From: Geopsychrobacteraceae bacterium
GTDB lineage: Bacteria > Desulfobacterota > Desulfuromonadia > Desulfuromonadales > Geopsychrobacteraceae
Length of the DNA: 64,000 bases
Direction of reading: 5' to 3'
NCBI GenBank assembly: GCA_963662315.1
Contig: OY759353.1
Coordinates: 3,808,001 to 3,872,000, forward strand
The notes beneath the pieces are model-generated. The model saw nothing but the letters and a program-made list of their open reading frames with translations, searched no databases and was not told the DNA's origin. Shown here piece after piece: positions 9,721 through 18,934 of the stretch (position 1 is the first letter of the stretch; every line of letters begins with the position of its first letter). The position numbers were made by a program, and so were the translations under genes.

Positions 9721-10147
9721 ATATACATTAAAATTGAACGATAAAAATTTTGAAGTACAGCTGAACAATCTCAGCGCCGAAGACGCTGTTCTTGAAATAA
9801 ATGGTGAAAAATATACGGTTGCAATCTCTGCCATCGAAGAAGTGCTTCCAGAGGGTGTTGAACTGAACTTCGCGGCTGTCAGCGCTGCCGCGCCGCTGGC
9901 TTCTTCAAAGCCCAAAGGTCCAGTAACCGCTGGTGACGGTACCGTGCTCGCTCCGATTCCCGGATCGATTATGCAGGTTTATGTCAAGGTCGGTGACGAG
10001 GTCAAGGTCGGGCAGGCCTTGTTCAAGATGGAAGCCATGAAGATGGAAAATGAAATCAATGCCCGAGTTGACGGAAAGGTATGTGCCGTCAACATCAAGG
10101 TCGGCGATAGCGTCAACCAGGGCGATGAGTTGATAGTCATTGATTGA
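9713..10147 (+). CDS. Biotin carboxyl carrier subunit of the decarboxylase
   Basis: APIPG, EAMKMENEI biotinylation motif, Ala/Pro linker. Confidence 0.92.
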   Translation: MRKYTLKLNDKNFEVQLNNLSAEDAVLEINGEKYTVAISAIEEVLPEGVELNFAAVSAAAPLASSKPKGPVTAGDGTVLAPIPGSIMQVYVKVGDEVKVGQALFKMEAMKMENEINARVDGKVCAVNIKVGDSVNQGDELIVID

Positions 10148-10213
10148 TGGAGGAGTCCCCGGCGATCGGGGACGTCTTCCGGTTTCCGTTGAATTTCAGC
10201 AGAGAGCGTTACT

Positions 10214-11332
10214 ATGGATATGTTAACCAGTTTTTTAATGAGTACAGGTTTTGTCGAGATCGCCTGGCCAAACATTATTATGATACTGTTTGGGTGTCTT
10301 TTTGTTTGGCTGGCAATCACAAAAGGGTTTGAGCCCCTGTTACTTTTACCGATTGGCTTTGGCCTAATCGTTGGTAATATCCCGATCCCCGAAGCCATGT
10401 CTGGAGGCGAGGAAGGGATGTTTTTCGTCAATATTTACAAGGGGGTTACAGGGGGGATTTATCCGCCATTGATTTTCCTTGGTGTTGGTGCCATGACCGA
10501 CTTTTCACCAATGCTGAGCAATCCGAAACTGGTGTTGCTTGGTGCTGCAGCTCAGTTTGGTATTTTCGGGACTCTGATCGCCGCTATGTTTATTGGCTTT
10601 ACCCCTGCCCAGGCTGGTGCGATTGGTATTATCGGTGGCGCAGACGGTCCGACTGCTATCTTCCTGTCGTCTGTTCTTGCTCCTGAACTGCTCGGATCCA
10701 TCGCCATTGCCGCCTATTCGTATATGTCCCTCGTTCCGGTTATTCAGCCGCCGATTATGCGTCTGTTGACAACGAAGGAAGAACGGGTCATCCGCATGGA
10801 AATGGCCCGTCAGGTTACCAAACGCGAAAAGATTATTTTTCCCATTGTCGGCTTTCTTATTTGCACCCTGATTGCTCCGGGTTCCATGGTTCTTATCGGG
10901 TGTCTGTTCTTTGGTAATATTTTAAAGGAAAGTATGGTCACCGAACGTCTGGCCAATACTGCCCGCAATGCCATGATCGATATCCTGACCATCCTGCTTG
11001 GCTTCTCTATAGGTGCAAACACCCTGGCCGCTGACTTCTTGACCGCCAGATCGATCGGGATCTTTGTTATGGGCGCTACCGCTTTTGCTGTTGCAACGGC
11101 CTGTGGTGTGTTGTTTGCCAAGCTTATGAATATGTTTTCGAAAAAGAAAATCAATCCGCTGGTTGGAGCGGCAGGGGTTTCTGCTGTGCCTAACGCGGCG
11201 CGGGTTGTTAATAAAGTCGGATTGGAATATGATCCGACCAACTACCTGCTGATGCATGCCATGGCTCCAAATGTTGCGGGTGTTGTTGGCTCTGCTATCG
11301 CTGCAGGTGTTCTGCTGTCTGTTCTTGGTTAG
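10214..11332 (+). CDS. Na+-translocating decarboxylase beta subunit (OadB/MmdB family)
   Basis: FEPLLLLPIGFG, IGIIGGADGPT, AYSYMSLVP and GVSAVP motifs. Confidence 0.95.
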   Translation: MDMLTSFLMSTGFVEIAWPNIIMILFGCLFVWLAITKGFEPLLLLPIGFGLIVGNIPIPEAMSGGEEGMFFVNIYKGVTGGIYPPLIFLGVGAMTDFSPMLSNPKLVLLGAAAQFGIFGTLIAAMFIGFTPAQAGAIGIIGGADGPTAIFLSSVLAPELLGSIAIAAYSYMSLVPVIQPPIMRLLTTKEERVIRMEMARQVTKREKIIFPIVGFLICTLIAPGSMVLIGCLFFGNILKESMVTERLANTARNAMIDILTILLGFSIGANTLAADFLTARSIGIFVMGATAFAVATACGVLFAKLMNMFSKKKINPLVGAAGVSAVPNAARVVNKVGLEYDPTNYLLMHAMAPNVAGVVGSAIAAGVLLSVLG

Positions 11333-11378
11333 ATCTGGAGCAAAGAACCTTTAAGTCTGGAAGTGTGAGAATAAGAAC

Positions 11379-12392
11379 ATGGTTGTTCGCCTGATTAACA
11401 AATATGATCAGTTGAAGGCAAAAGAGCTCATCGAAGAGAATGGGTTCGTGTATGAAGATAAGTTTGATGCCATGTTCGGTGTCTTTGAGGATGGCGAACT
11501 GGTTGCGACAGCGACCAGAGACCACAACGTTTTTAAAATGATCTGTATTCGTGACAGTCACCAGGGGGGAAACCTCCTTGGTGAACTGCTCACGGAGCTC
11601 ATCAACAGTTGTGAGTTTACCAATATCAGTAATTATTTTATTTTTACCAAACCCGACCGTTGTCAGTCCTTTCATCATTTTAACTTTCACCCACTGGTCA
11701 ATCATGAAAAGCTTTGCCTCCTTGAGTATGGTCATGGCTTGCAAAGCTATCTTGATCAGCATCGTGATCTGGTTAGAGAAGGGAATAATGGTGCGGTCGT
11801 TGTCAATTGTAACCCCTTCACCCGCGGCCATCAGTACCTGATTGAAGAGGCTTCTAAGCAGGTCGATCAGCTATACGTTTTTGTTGTGCGTGAAGATCGC
11901 TCAATTTTTCCATTTGATGTCCGGTTTCGCCTGGCCCAGGACGGAACGGCACATCTGCCTAACGTTACAGTATTGGATACCTCCGATTATGCGATCAGTC
12001 AGGTTACTTTTCCTGGTTATTTTTTAAAGCAGGATGATGACCAGCAGGTTGTCCAGATGGAAGTGGACCTGCACTTATTCGGCAAACATATCGCTCCGTT
12101 TTTTAATATCAAAAAACGCTTTATCGGAACGGAGCCTTATTGCCGGACCACAAGAATATACAGCGAAACAATGCATAAAGTGCTCGCATTGTACAATATT
12201 GAAACTGTACAATTGGAGCGCAAAACCATTGCATCGCAACCGATCAGTGCCTCCAGAGTTCGTGAAGCGTTGAAACGTGAAGCATTTGAAACTCTGAAGG
12301 ATCTCGTTCCTGATTCCACGCTCGGCTTTTTACGTTCGGCTCAGGCACGTGATTTACTGACGACTCTGAAAGATTATCAAAGGAGACATTGA
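11379..12392 (+). CDS. citC: [Citrate (pro-3S)-lyase] ligase
   Basis: VVNCNPFTRGHQYL, FVVRED, RFIGTEP and ISASRVR motifs. Confidence 0.92.
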   Translation: MVVRLINKYDQLKAKELIEENGFVYEDKFDAMFGVFEDGELVATATRDHNVFKMICIRDSHQGGNLLGELLTELINSCEFTNISNYFIFTKPDRCQSFHHFNFHPLVNHEKLCLLEYGHGLQSYLDQHRDLVREGNNGAVVVNCNPFTRGHQYLIEEASKQVDQLYVFVVREDRSIFPFDVRFRLAQDGTAHLPNVTVLDTSDYAISQVTFPGYFLKQDDDQQVVQMEVDLHLFGKHIAPFFNIKKRFIGTEPYCRTTRIYSETMHKVLALYNIETVQLERKTIASQPISASRVREALKREAFETLKDLVPDSTLGFLRSAQARDLLTTLKDYQRRH

Positions 12393-12661
12393 TGAAGTTA
12401 ACTAAAAAAGCCCAGGCAGGAACCATGCAGTCAAGTGATCTGATGGTTTTCCTTGAGCCTGCGGACGAATTGCGCGTGGAAATTGATTCAACGGTAAAAA
12501 TTCAGTTTGGCCATTTGATTGAGAAACAGGTTAAGGCTGTTTTGGAAAAACTGTCTGTAACAAGCGGTCATATTAAAATCAGTGATCGTGGTGCTCTTGA
12601 TTACGCCATTGCGGCTCGTTTGGAAACTGCCATCAGAAGAGCCTGCGGGGAGGATTTGTAG
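12392..12661 (+). CDS. citD: Citrate lyase acyl carrier protein (gamma chain)
   Basis: AGTMQSSD prosthetic-group Ser motif; DRGALD. Confidence 0.92.
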   Translation: MKLTKKAQAGTMQSSDLMVFLEPADELRVEIDSTVKIQFGHLIEKQVKAVLEKLSVTSGHIKISDRGALDYAIAARLETAIRRACGEDL

Positions 12662-12663
12662 AC

Positions 12664-13134
12664 ATGAAAGGCGTCTATTGTAAAGAATGGACTCAGGGCC
12701 GCCGGTATATCGTAAAAATCGAACCAGGTCAGAAGATTAAAGAGAGTTTGATTCAATTTGCCAAGCAGGAAAATATCCAGAACGGAGTTGTTGTTTCTGC
12801 TGTTGGCTCAGTTGTGAAGGCCGGTTTTCGTGGCATAAAGTCCGGGGCTAGCCTTCCAATTACTGAACCGCGTATGCGGATTATTGAGTTGGAAGGTCCA
12901 CTTGAACTGGTTGGCCTCGAAGGTAATCTGATTGTTACTGATAGCAATGAGATTGATTGCCACCTGCATATCATGATGGCGAAGAGTTCCGGTGAGGTCG
13001 TTGGCGGCCATATGTTCGATGCTGAGATCTTTGCCAGCTGTGAAATTATGTTTACCGAGATACTGGTATCTGGTGTTGAACGGCATGTTTCCAAAACCGG
13101 TGGCATCTCAACTATCTATATTGAGGAGGAGTGA
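12664..13134 (+). CDS. PPC domain (DUF296) protein
   Basis: SAVGSV, ELVGLEGN, HLHI and VVGGH motifs. Confidence 0.8.
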   Translation: MKGVYCKEWTQGRRYIVKIEPGQKIKESLIQFAKQENIQNGVVVSAVGSVVKAGFRGIKSGASLPITEPRMRIIELEGPLELVGLEGNLIVTDSNEIDCHLHIMMAKSSGEVVGGHMFDAEIFASCEIMFTEILVSGVERHVSKTGGISTIYIEEE

Positions 13135-13139
13135 TTGTC

Positions 13140-14060
13140 ATGGCTAATTTTGAGTTGATGAGATCACTGTTGTACGTTCCCGGTAATATGCCTTCAATGC
13201 TGCAGAACGTACCGATGTTTCAGAGCGATTGTGTCATGATCGACCTTGAAGATTCGGTACCCTATGCTGAAAAGGATGCTGCCCGGGATTTGGTTCGCAA
13301 TTTTCTGGAAAATTATAAAGAGCACAATAAAAGCATTCTGGTGCGTATCAACAGTCTGAAAACCAAATGGTGGAAGCAGGATCTGGACGCTATTTTGCCG
13401 GCCATGACTGATGGTATCCGCCTGCCTGAAGCGGATACTCCGGAATATGTCGAGCAGCTTGATACCATTTTGACTGAATATGAAGAAGAGCTGGGTTTGC
13501 CGATCGGGCATTTTAAAATTCTGCCATCTATCGAAACAGCCGAAGGCGTTATCAATTGTATCAAAATTGCTAAAAGTTCTTCACGTCTGCTGGGGCTGGC
13601 TTTTGGTGCTGAAGATTACACCGCCAGCCTTGAAATCGAACGGACCAAGGGCGGGGAAGAATTGTTTGCTGCCAGAACCCGTATTGTCTGGGCATGTAAG
13701 GCTGCCGGTATTCAGGCTATTGACACTATTTTCCCTGATGCTGCGGATATGGACGCTCTGGAAAAAGAAACCCAACTGATCAAGACCCTCGGTTTTGCTG
13801 GAAAATCTCTGGTTAACCCGCGTCAGATTGAAGTTGTGCATAATGTCTTTATGCCTAAACAGGAACAAATTGATTACGCCCTGCAGGTTGTCGATGCCAT
13901 TCAGCGTGCCCGTGAAATGGGTACTGGGGTTATTTCCTTGGGTGGTAAAATGATTGATATTCCTGTGGTTATTCGTGCGGTAAAAACCCTTAAATCAGCA
14001 CAGGCCCATGGACTGGTTGATATTGATATTGATGAAGAGGTGATCTATGGCCAAAAATAG
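13140..14060 (+). CDS. citE: Citrate lyase beta chain (citryl-ACP lyase)
   Basis: RSLLYVPG, DLEDSV, FGAEDY and GKSLVNPRQI motifs. Confidence 0.9.
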   Translation: MANFELMRSLLYVPGNMPSMLQNVPMFQSDCVMIDLEDSVPYAEKDAARDLVRNFLENYKEHNKSILVRINSLKTKWWKQDLDAILPAMTDGIRLPEADTPEYVEQLDTILTEYEEELGLPIGHFKILPSIETAEGVINCIKIAKSSSRLLGLAFGAEDYTASLEIERTKGGEELFAARTRIVWACKAAGIQAIDTIFPDAADMDALEKETQLIKTLGFAGKSLVNPRQIEVVHNVFMPKQEQIDYALQVVDAIQRAREMGTGVISLGGKMIDIPVVIRAVKTLKSAQAHGLVDIDIDEEVIYGQK

Positions 14061-15585
14061 TTTGGGGCGTGAGCTCCCAGAATCTTTTGCCGGAAAGGCT
14101 GTTGTCCCTTTCCAGGATCCCTTCAGTTATAAAAAGCCCGGCGACCTTGCAACGCGTTCGGTGCGGAGGGTCAATCCTGGTGACAACAAGGTGCTTGGCA
14201 GTCTGCGTGAAGCTATTGAGGCTTCAGGCTTGCGCAGTGGCATGACGATTGCGACTCACCATCATCTGCGCAATGGTGATGCGGTACTTAATCAGGTTAT
14301 TAAAGAAATTGATGCCATGGGCATCAAAGATATTAAGATCGCCTCCAGTTCCGTTCACCCGGTCCACGCCGAATTGATCCCTTACATTCAAAAAGGCGTC
14401 ATTACCGGAATCGAGACTGGTGTTAACGGTCTGATCGGTGAAATGGCCTCCAAGGGTGAGCTGTCTTGTCCGATTACCGTGCGTACCCATGGTGGGCGTG
14501 CCCGTGCTGTTATCGCTGGAGACGTCCAGATTGATGTTGCTTTTATCGGAGCTCCATGCTGCGACAAATACGGTAACTTGAACGGTCAAAGCGGCCCTTC
14601 TGCTTGCGGTAGTCTTGGCTATGCCTTTACCGATGCTCAATATGCCAAATATGTTGTTGCTGTAACCGACAACCTCGTACCTTATCCGGCTGTTCCGGTT
14701 TCGATTCCAATGTCAATGGTTGATAGCGTTGTTGTTGTTGATTCTCTTGGTGATCCCAAGAAGATTGTTTCAACCACGACCCGTATTACCCGTGACCCGG
14801 TCGGACTTCAGATTGCCAAATATGCTTCTCAGGTTATAGAAGCCTCTGGTCTGCTGAAGGATGGATTTGCTTTTCAGACAGGTTCAGGGGGTATTTCCCT
14901 GGCTGTTGCCGACCGCGTTAAACAACTCATGAGCGCCGGTAATATCAAAGGTAGCTTTGGTTGCGGCGGTATTACCGGATACTTTGTCGACATGCTTGAA
15001 CAGGGGCTGTTCAAAGCTCTGTTTGATGTTCAGTGTTTCGACCTTAAGGCGGTTGATTCCATTGCCCGCAATCAGAATCACCTGGAGATGAGCGCTGATC
15101 TTTACGCTAATCCCTATAATTCTGGCTGTGTCGTTAATATGCTGGATACGGTTATTCTCGGTGCGACCGAGGTTGATGTCGACTTTAACGTCAATGTCAA
15201 TACCGAGTCCAACGGCTATCTCCTGCACAACACCGGCGGTCACAGCGATGCCGCTGCTGGTGCTAAACTGTCGATTATTACTGCACCGCTGATTCGTGGG
15301 CGCCTGCCGATTATCCGTGATGCGGTGACTACGGTAACCACTCCGGGGGCTACCATTGATGCCATCGTTACTGAGCGCGGTATTGCCGTTAATGAGCATC
15401 AGCAAGATCTTAAAAAAGAGCTGATCAAGCGCAAGATCCCGGTTATGGATATCCACGACCTGAGGAAGCTTGCCATCAGCATTACCGGAGAACCGAAACC
15501 GGTAGAGTTCACCGATGATGTCGTTGCCCTGATCGAATACCGTGACGGTTCAATTATTGATGCTGTACGCAGAGTTAAAGCATAG
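14047..15585 (+). CDS. citF: Citrate lyase alpha chain (citrate:acetyl-ACP transferase)
   Basis: HHHLRNGD, THGGRAR, CGSLGY, QTGSGG and GGHSD motifs. Confidence 0.95.
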   Translation: MAKNSLGRELPESFAGKAVVPFQDPFSYKKPGDLATRSVRRVNPGDNKVLGSLREAIEASGLRSGMTIATHHHLRNGDAVLNQVIKEIDAMGIKDIKIASSSVHPVHAELIPYIQKGVITGIETGVNGLIGEMASKGELSCPITVRTHGGRARAVIAGDVQIDVAFIGAPCCDKYGNLNGQSGPSACGSLGYAFTDAQYAKYVVAVTDNLVPYPAVPVSIPMSMVDSVVVVDSLGDPKKIVSTTTRITRDPVGLQIAKYASQVIEASGLLKDGFAFQTGSGGISLAVADRVKQLMSAGNIKGSFGCGGITGYFVDMLEQGLFKALFDVQCFDLKAVDSIARNQNHLEMSADLYANPYNSGCVVNMLDTVILGATEVDVDFNVNVNTESNGYLLHNTGGHSDAAAGAKLSIITAPLIRGRLPIIRDAVTTVTTPGATIDAIVTERGIAVNEHQQDLKKELIKRKIPVMDIHDLRKLAISITGEPKPVEFTDDVVALIEYRDGSIIDAVRRVKA

Positions 15586-16066
15586 TATTCTTCTTGCCCG
15601 TGAGCGACGCGATGAGAAACTTCATCAGCTATTAACGTCGCTCACGGCCGGTTCTGTTATCCAATTGTCCCTGAATATCCCCGGGCCCGACAAATGCCCA
15701 CCCGGATATCAGGGACTTTTCCGTTGGGGGCAGCAACAGTTGGAAACAGCCATAAAGCTTGAATGCGTGTTGCGCAAAGAGGATGCCCTCGGACCCTGGG
15801 CGCTGTACACGACAAGCGTATCTGCTGATGCTGTTAAACGGTGTTGCTGCGCAGTCGAAAAATCATTGCCTGCTGCTCGTCTTCTTGATTGTGACGTGTA
15901 TGCGTTTGACGGTACCGTATATGACCGTGCATTTATGGGGTTGCCACAACGGCAATGCCTGGTTTGCGATCAGCCGGCAAGGGACTGCATGCGCGTAAAA
16001 CGACATGGTTGGGATCAAGTAAAGGAACGTCTTGAAGAACTGCTCAAACCCTATACAGCTGTTTAG
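15560..16066 (+). CDS. citX: Apo-citrate lyase phosphoribosyl-dephospho-CoA transferase
   Basis: LLARERR, LNIPGPDK, RLLDCDV and RQCLVC...C motifs; start uncertain. Confidence 0.85.
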   Translation: MLYAELKHSILLARERRDEKLHQLLTSLTAGSVIQLSLNIPGPDKCPPGYQGLFRWGQQQLETAIKLECVLRKEDALGPWALYTTSVSADAVKRCCCAVEKSLPAARLLDCDVYAFDGTVYDRAFMGLPQRQCLVCDQPARDCMRVKRHGWDQVKERLEELLKPYTAV

Positions 16067-16841
16067 TCTTGCCGATGCTCTGGTTGAGGGGCTTAAGGCG
16101 GAATTGTTTCTGACCCCAAAGCCCGGCCTTGTTGATCTGTGCAACACAGGATCGCATAAGGATCTGTCTTTGCTGACCATGGCCCGATCCATTACGTTAA
16201 TGCGTGTCTATTTTAAAGAGCTGTGTGCGGCATTGCTTACTCCGAGTGGCGGGCAGGATCCGGTCGCGATCGGACAGGCTGCTGAACAGCGAATGTTTGC
16301 AGCGCTGGCGACCAACTGCCACAAAGGGGGAATTTTCCTTTGTGGCTTGGTGCTTATCGGGGCCAGCCGTTGTGATATGCGCTCCCCTGAAGTGCTACGA
16401 GGGCAGGTTGCTCGTGCGGCTGAGGAGATTTTTTCAGATCGTGAGCGTTTGCGTGGTAGCCATGGTGATCTGGTCAGAAAGGACCATCCCTCTTCAGGTA
16501 TTGTGACGGAAGCATTAAATGGCTTACCCGGACTGTTTGATTGTGTATTGCCACAGATATTGCAATATCCAAGTGACATACGTGGTGTATTTATGGCTAT
16601 GGCAGAACTGATGCTTTATGTTGACGATTCGACAACACGTCACCGCTGTGGCGATGCCGGAATGGATATTTTACGGGCCGCTGGAAAGGAATTAAAGCAG
16701 TGTTTGCTGGCCGACCAGGATCATATCCATTTGTTGACCAGGCTTGATTGTGAATTCAGACAACAGAATCTGACGATGGGGGGCGTAGCTGATCTGCTGG
16801 GCGTCGGGCTTGGCTATGCTGCTTATCTGCAGAAGTTGTGA
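16032..16841 (+). CDS. citG: Triphosphoribosyl-dephospho-CoA synthase
   Basis: LTPKPGLVD..NTGSHKD, NCHKGGIF and GGVADLL motifs. Confidence 0.88.
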   Translation: MKNCSNPIQLFSLADALVEGLKAELFLTPKPGLVDLCNTGSHKDLSLLTMARSITLMRVYFKELCAALLTPSGGQDPVAIGQAAEQRMFAALATNCHKGGIFLCGLVLIGASRCDMRSPEVLRGQVARAAEEIFSDRERLRGSHGDLVRKDHPSSGIVTEALNGLPGLFDCVLPQILQYPSDIRGVFMAMAELMLYVDDSTTRHRCGDAGMDILRAAGKELKQCLLADQDHIHLLTRLDCEFRQQNLTMGGVADLLGVGLGYAAYLQKL

Positions 16842-17125
16842 CCTGGCCGCTTGGTTAGGATTTTGTGTCATTAAGAATCGAATACGATCCAGGAAAACAG
16901 CGGGGCGGACTATAGGTTCTTTTCCGCCATTTGTCCCATGTATAATCCCTCTCTTGCCTCATATTCCATTTGGGTTTATGATATTCTGTTGCCGACTCAA
17001 AGAAGTTATAAGGTTTCACGGTCAGCAATAAACTGTAATCCGTCTCACCTTTATTGGTGTCCAAAATGATAACCCAATCTGCTAGGCCTGTATTACTGCA
17101 GTAAACGAAAGCTTTAGGTTCTGTT

Positions 17126-18934
17126 GTGTCCAATCAAGCAAAAGGTATAGATCAATCCATCAAACATTCACTTCAGCAGTTTGTGCAGACATTGCTCAAA
17201 CATCTTAAAATCAGCGAAAATACCTTTTTAATTATTCTGGCCGTGATCATTGGTGTGCTGGGTGGGTTAGGCAATTTTTTATTTCGTCAGACCATCGAGT
17301 TGATTCACTGGCTGGTGTTTGAACAGGCCCATGAACGTTTCAATATTTCTGTCGATCATTGGTCTTGGGAACGTCTTTTGTTGATGTTTCTACCGGCTAT
17401 TGGTGGTTTACTGGTTATCCCTCTCTGGGTGTTTTTTGGTAAAGATTTAAAAGGGGGATTTTCAACCTTTCTGGTCAAGGTCAATCTGAAGGGTGCCAAG
17501 CTACCTTTAAGGCCGCTATTTACTAAAGGGTTAGGTTCCGCAATTACCCTGGGTACCGGCGGCAGCGCCGGGCAGGAAGGCCCCATCGCTGTTATCGGAG
17601 GGACCATCGGCAGCCAGTTTGGCAAGCTGTTCAAGGTCAGTGGTAATCGCCTTAAAGTCCTGGTGGCCTGTGGCGCCGCCGCCGGGGTTGCCGCAACTTT
17701 TAACGCTCCTATCGCCGGAGTTTTCTTCGCCGCTGAAATTGTGCTGCTGTCATCGTTTGAGCTGGCCAGTTTTACCTCCATTGTTATTGCCAGCGGTATG
17801 GCAACGGTTGTCTCACGGGCCCTGCTCGGTAACGTTTCAGAAATTGTTACTCCGAACTTTTCCCTGCACAGCTACTGGGAGCTTGGCCTTTATGTTGTCC
17901 TCGGATTTGTTATCGGTGGCCTGGCTGCCGGATTTATCGACCTGCATTTCCGCATTAAGGATATTATCGATGCCATCAAAATACCACGGTTGGCCAAACC
18001 TGTTGTAGGTGGCCTTTTCGTCGGTCTGGTCGGGGTTTTCCTACCACAGGTGTTTGGTAACGGTTACGGTTTTATCAGTCAGGTTCTGCACGGTAATTTT
18101 CCCTGGTATCTGCTGGCAGTGCTGGTTATTGCCAAAATGGTTGCGACATCTGTGACCCTGGGTTCCGGATTGCCTGGCGGCATGTTTGCCCCCTGCTTGT
18201 TCCTGGGGGCTGTCGCCGGAGGCGCTTTCGGCAACCTGATAGAAGCTCTGTTTCCAGGTTTGGCTATTTCCGGAGGGGCTTATGCGTTGGTCGGCATGGG
18301 AGCCTTCCTGGCCGCTGCCACCCATTCGCCCATGACAGCTATCTTTCTGTTGTTTGAGACAACCGACAGTTACGAGGTTATTGTTCCGATTATGATTACC
18401 TGCGTTATCGGAACGACAATTGCCCGGCGGATTAAAAAGGAAAGCCTTGAAACTGCGGAGCTTAGCCGGCTGGGGATAGATCTTGAGGCTGGAAAAGAAC
18501 GCAATATCATGAAGAGCCTTGCTGTTGGTGAAGTGATGCAGCGGCGTGTTGAAAGTGTTCCGGAGAGTATGACGCTGGGTGAGTTTTCCCGCTTCATACA
18601 ACGCACCCATCACACCAACTTCCCACTGGTGAATAGTGCCGGAGAATTGACAGGCATTATTTCGGTACAGGATTTTCTTGGTGCTGTTTTTGAGAAGGAA
18701 TTGATGGATCTGGTTGTGGTCAAGGAGCTGGCGACAACTGATGTGGTCACTGTTCACGCCGAAGAGGATCTTGACGCGGCGATGCGCAAGATCGGTTATC
18801 GTAATATTGAACAGTTGCCGGTCGTTGACCGGGAAACGCACCGCAAGCTGTATGGCATTATCTCACGGCGCGACATGATTTCAGCCTATAACCGGGTGCT
18901 CATGAGCCGGACTCTGGTGGACGACGATGATTGA
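17126..18934 (+). CDS. ClC chloride channel/antiporter family protein with a C-terminal CBS pair
   Basis: GGSAGQEGP, FNAPIAG and GGMFAP motifs plus CBS domains. Confidence 0.9.
   Translation: MSNQAKGIDQSIKHSLQQFVQTLLKHLKISENTFLIILAVIIGVLGGLGNFLFRQTIELIHWLVFEQAHERFNISVDHWSWERLLLMFLPAIGGLLVIPLWVFFGKDLKGGFSTFLVKVNLKGAKLPLRPLFTKGLGSAITLGTGGSAGQEGPIAVIGGTIGSQFGKLFKVSGNRLKVLVACGAAAGVAATFNAPIAGVFFAAEIVLLSSFELASFTSIVIASGMATVVSRALLGNVSEIVTPNFSLHSYWELGLYVVLGFVIGGLAAGFIDLHFRIKDIIDAIKIPRLAKPVVGGLFVGLVGVFLPQVFGNGYGFISQVLHGNFPWYLLAVLVIAKMVATSVTLGSGLPGGMFAPCLFLGAVAGGAFGNLIEALFPGLAISGGAYALVGMGAFLAAATHSPMTAIFLLFETTDSYEVIVPIMITCVIGTTIARRIKKESLETAELSRLGIDLEAGKERNIMKSLAVGEVMQRRVESVPESMTLGEFSRFIQRTHHTNFPLVNSAGELTGIISVQDFLGAVFEKELMDLVVVKELATTDVVTVHAEEDLDAAMRKIGYRNIEQLPVVDRETHRKLYGIISRRDMISAYNRVLMSRTLVDDDD

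Noticed and set aside
7777..11332. Malonate decarboxylase (mad) or oxaloacetate decarboxylase (oad) assignment
   Set aside because: The carboxyltransferase is a single full-length PccB/MmdA-type chain; no MadA or OadA catalytic subunit is present, and the ACP and transferases are citrate lyase type.
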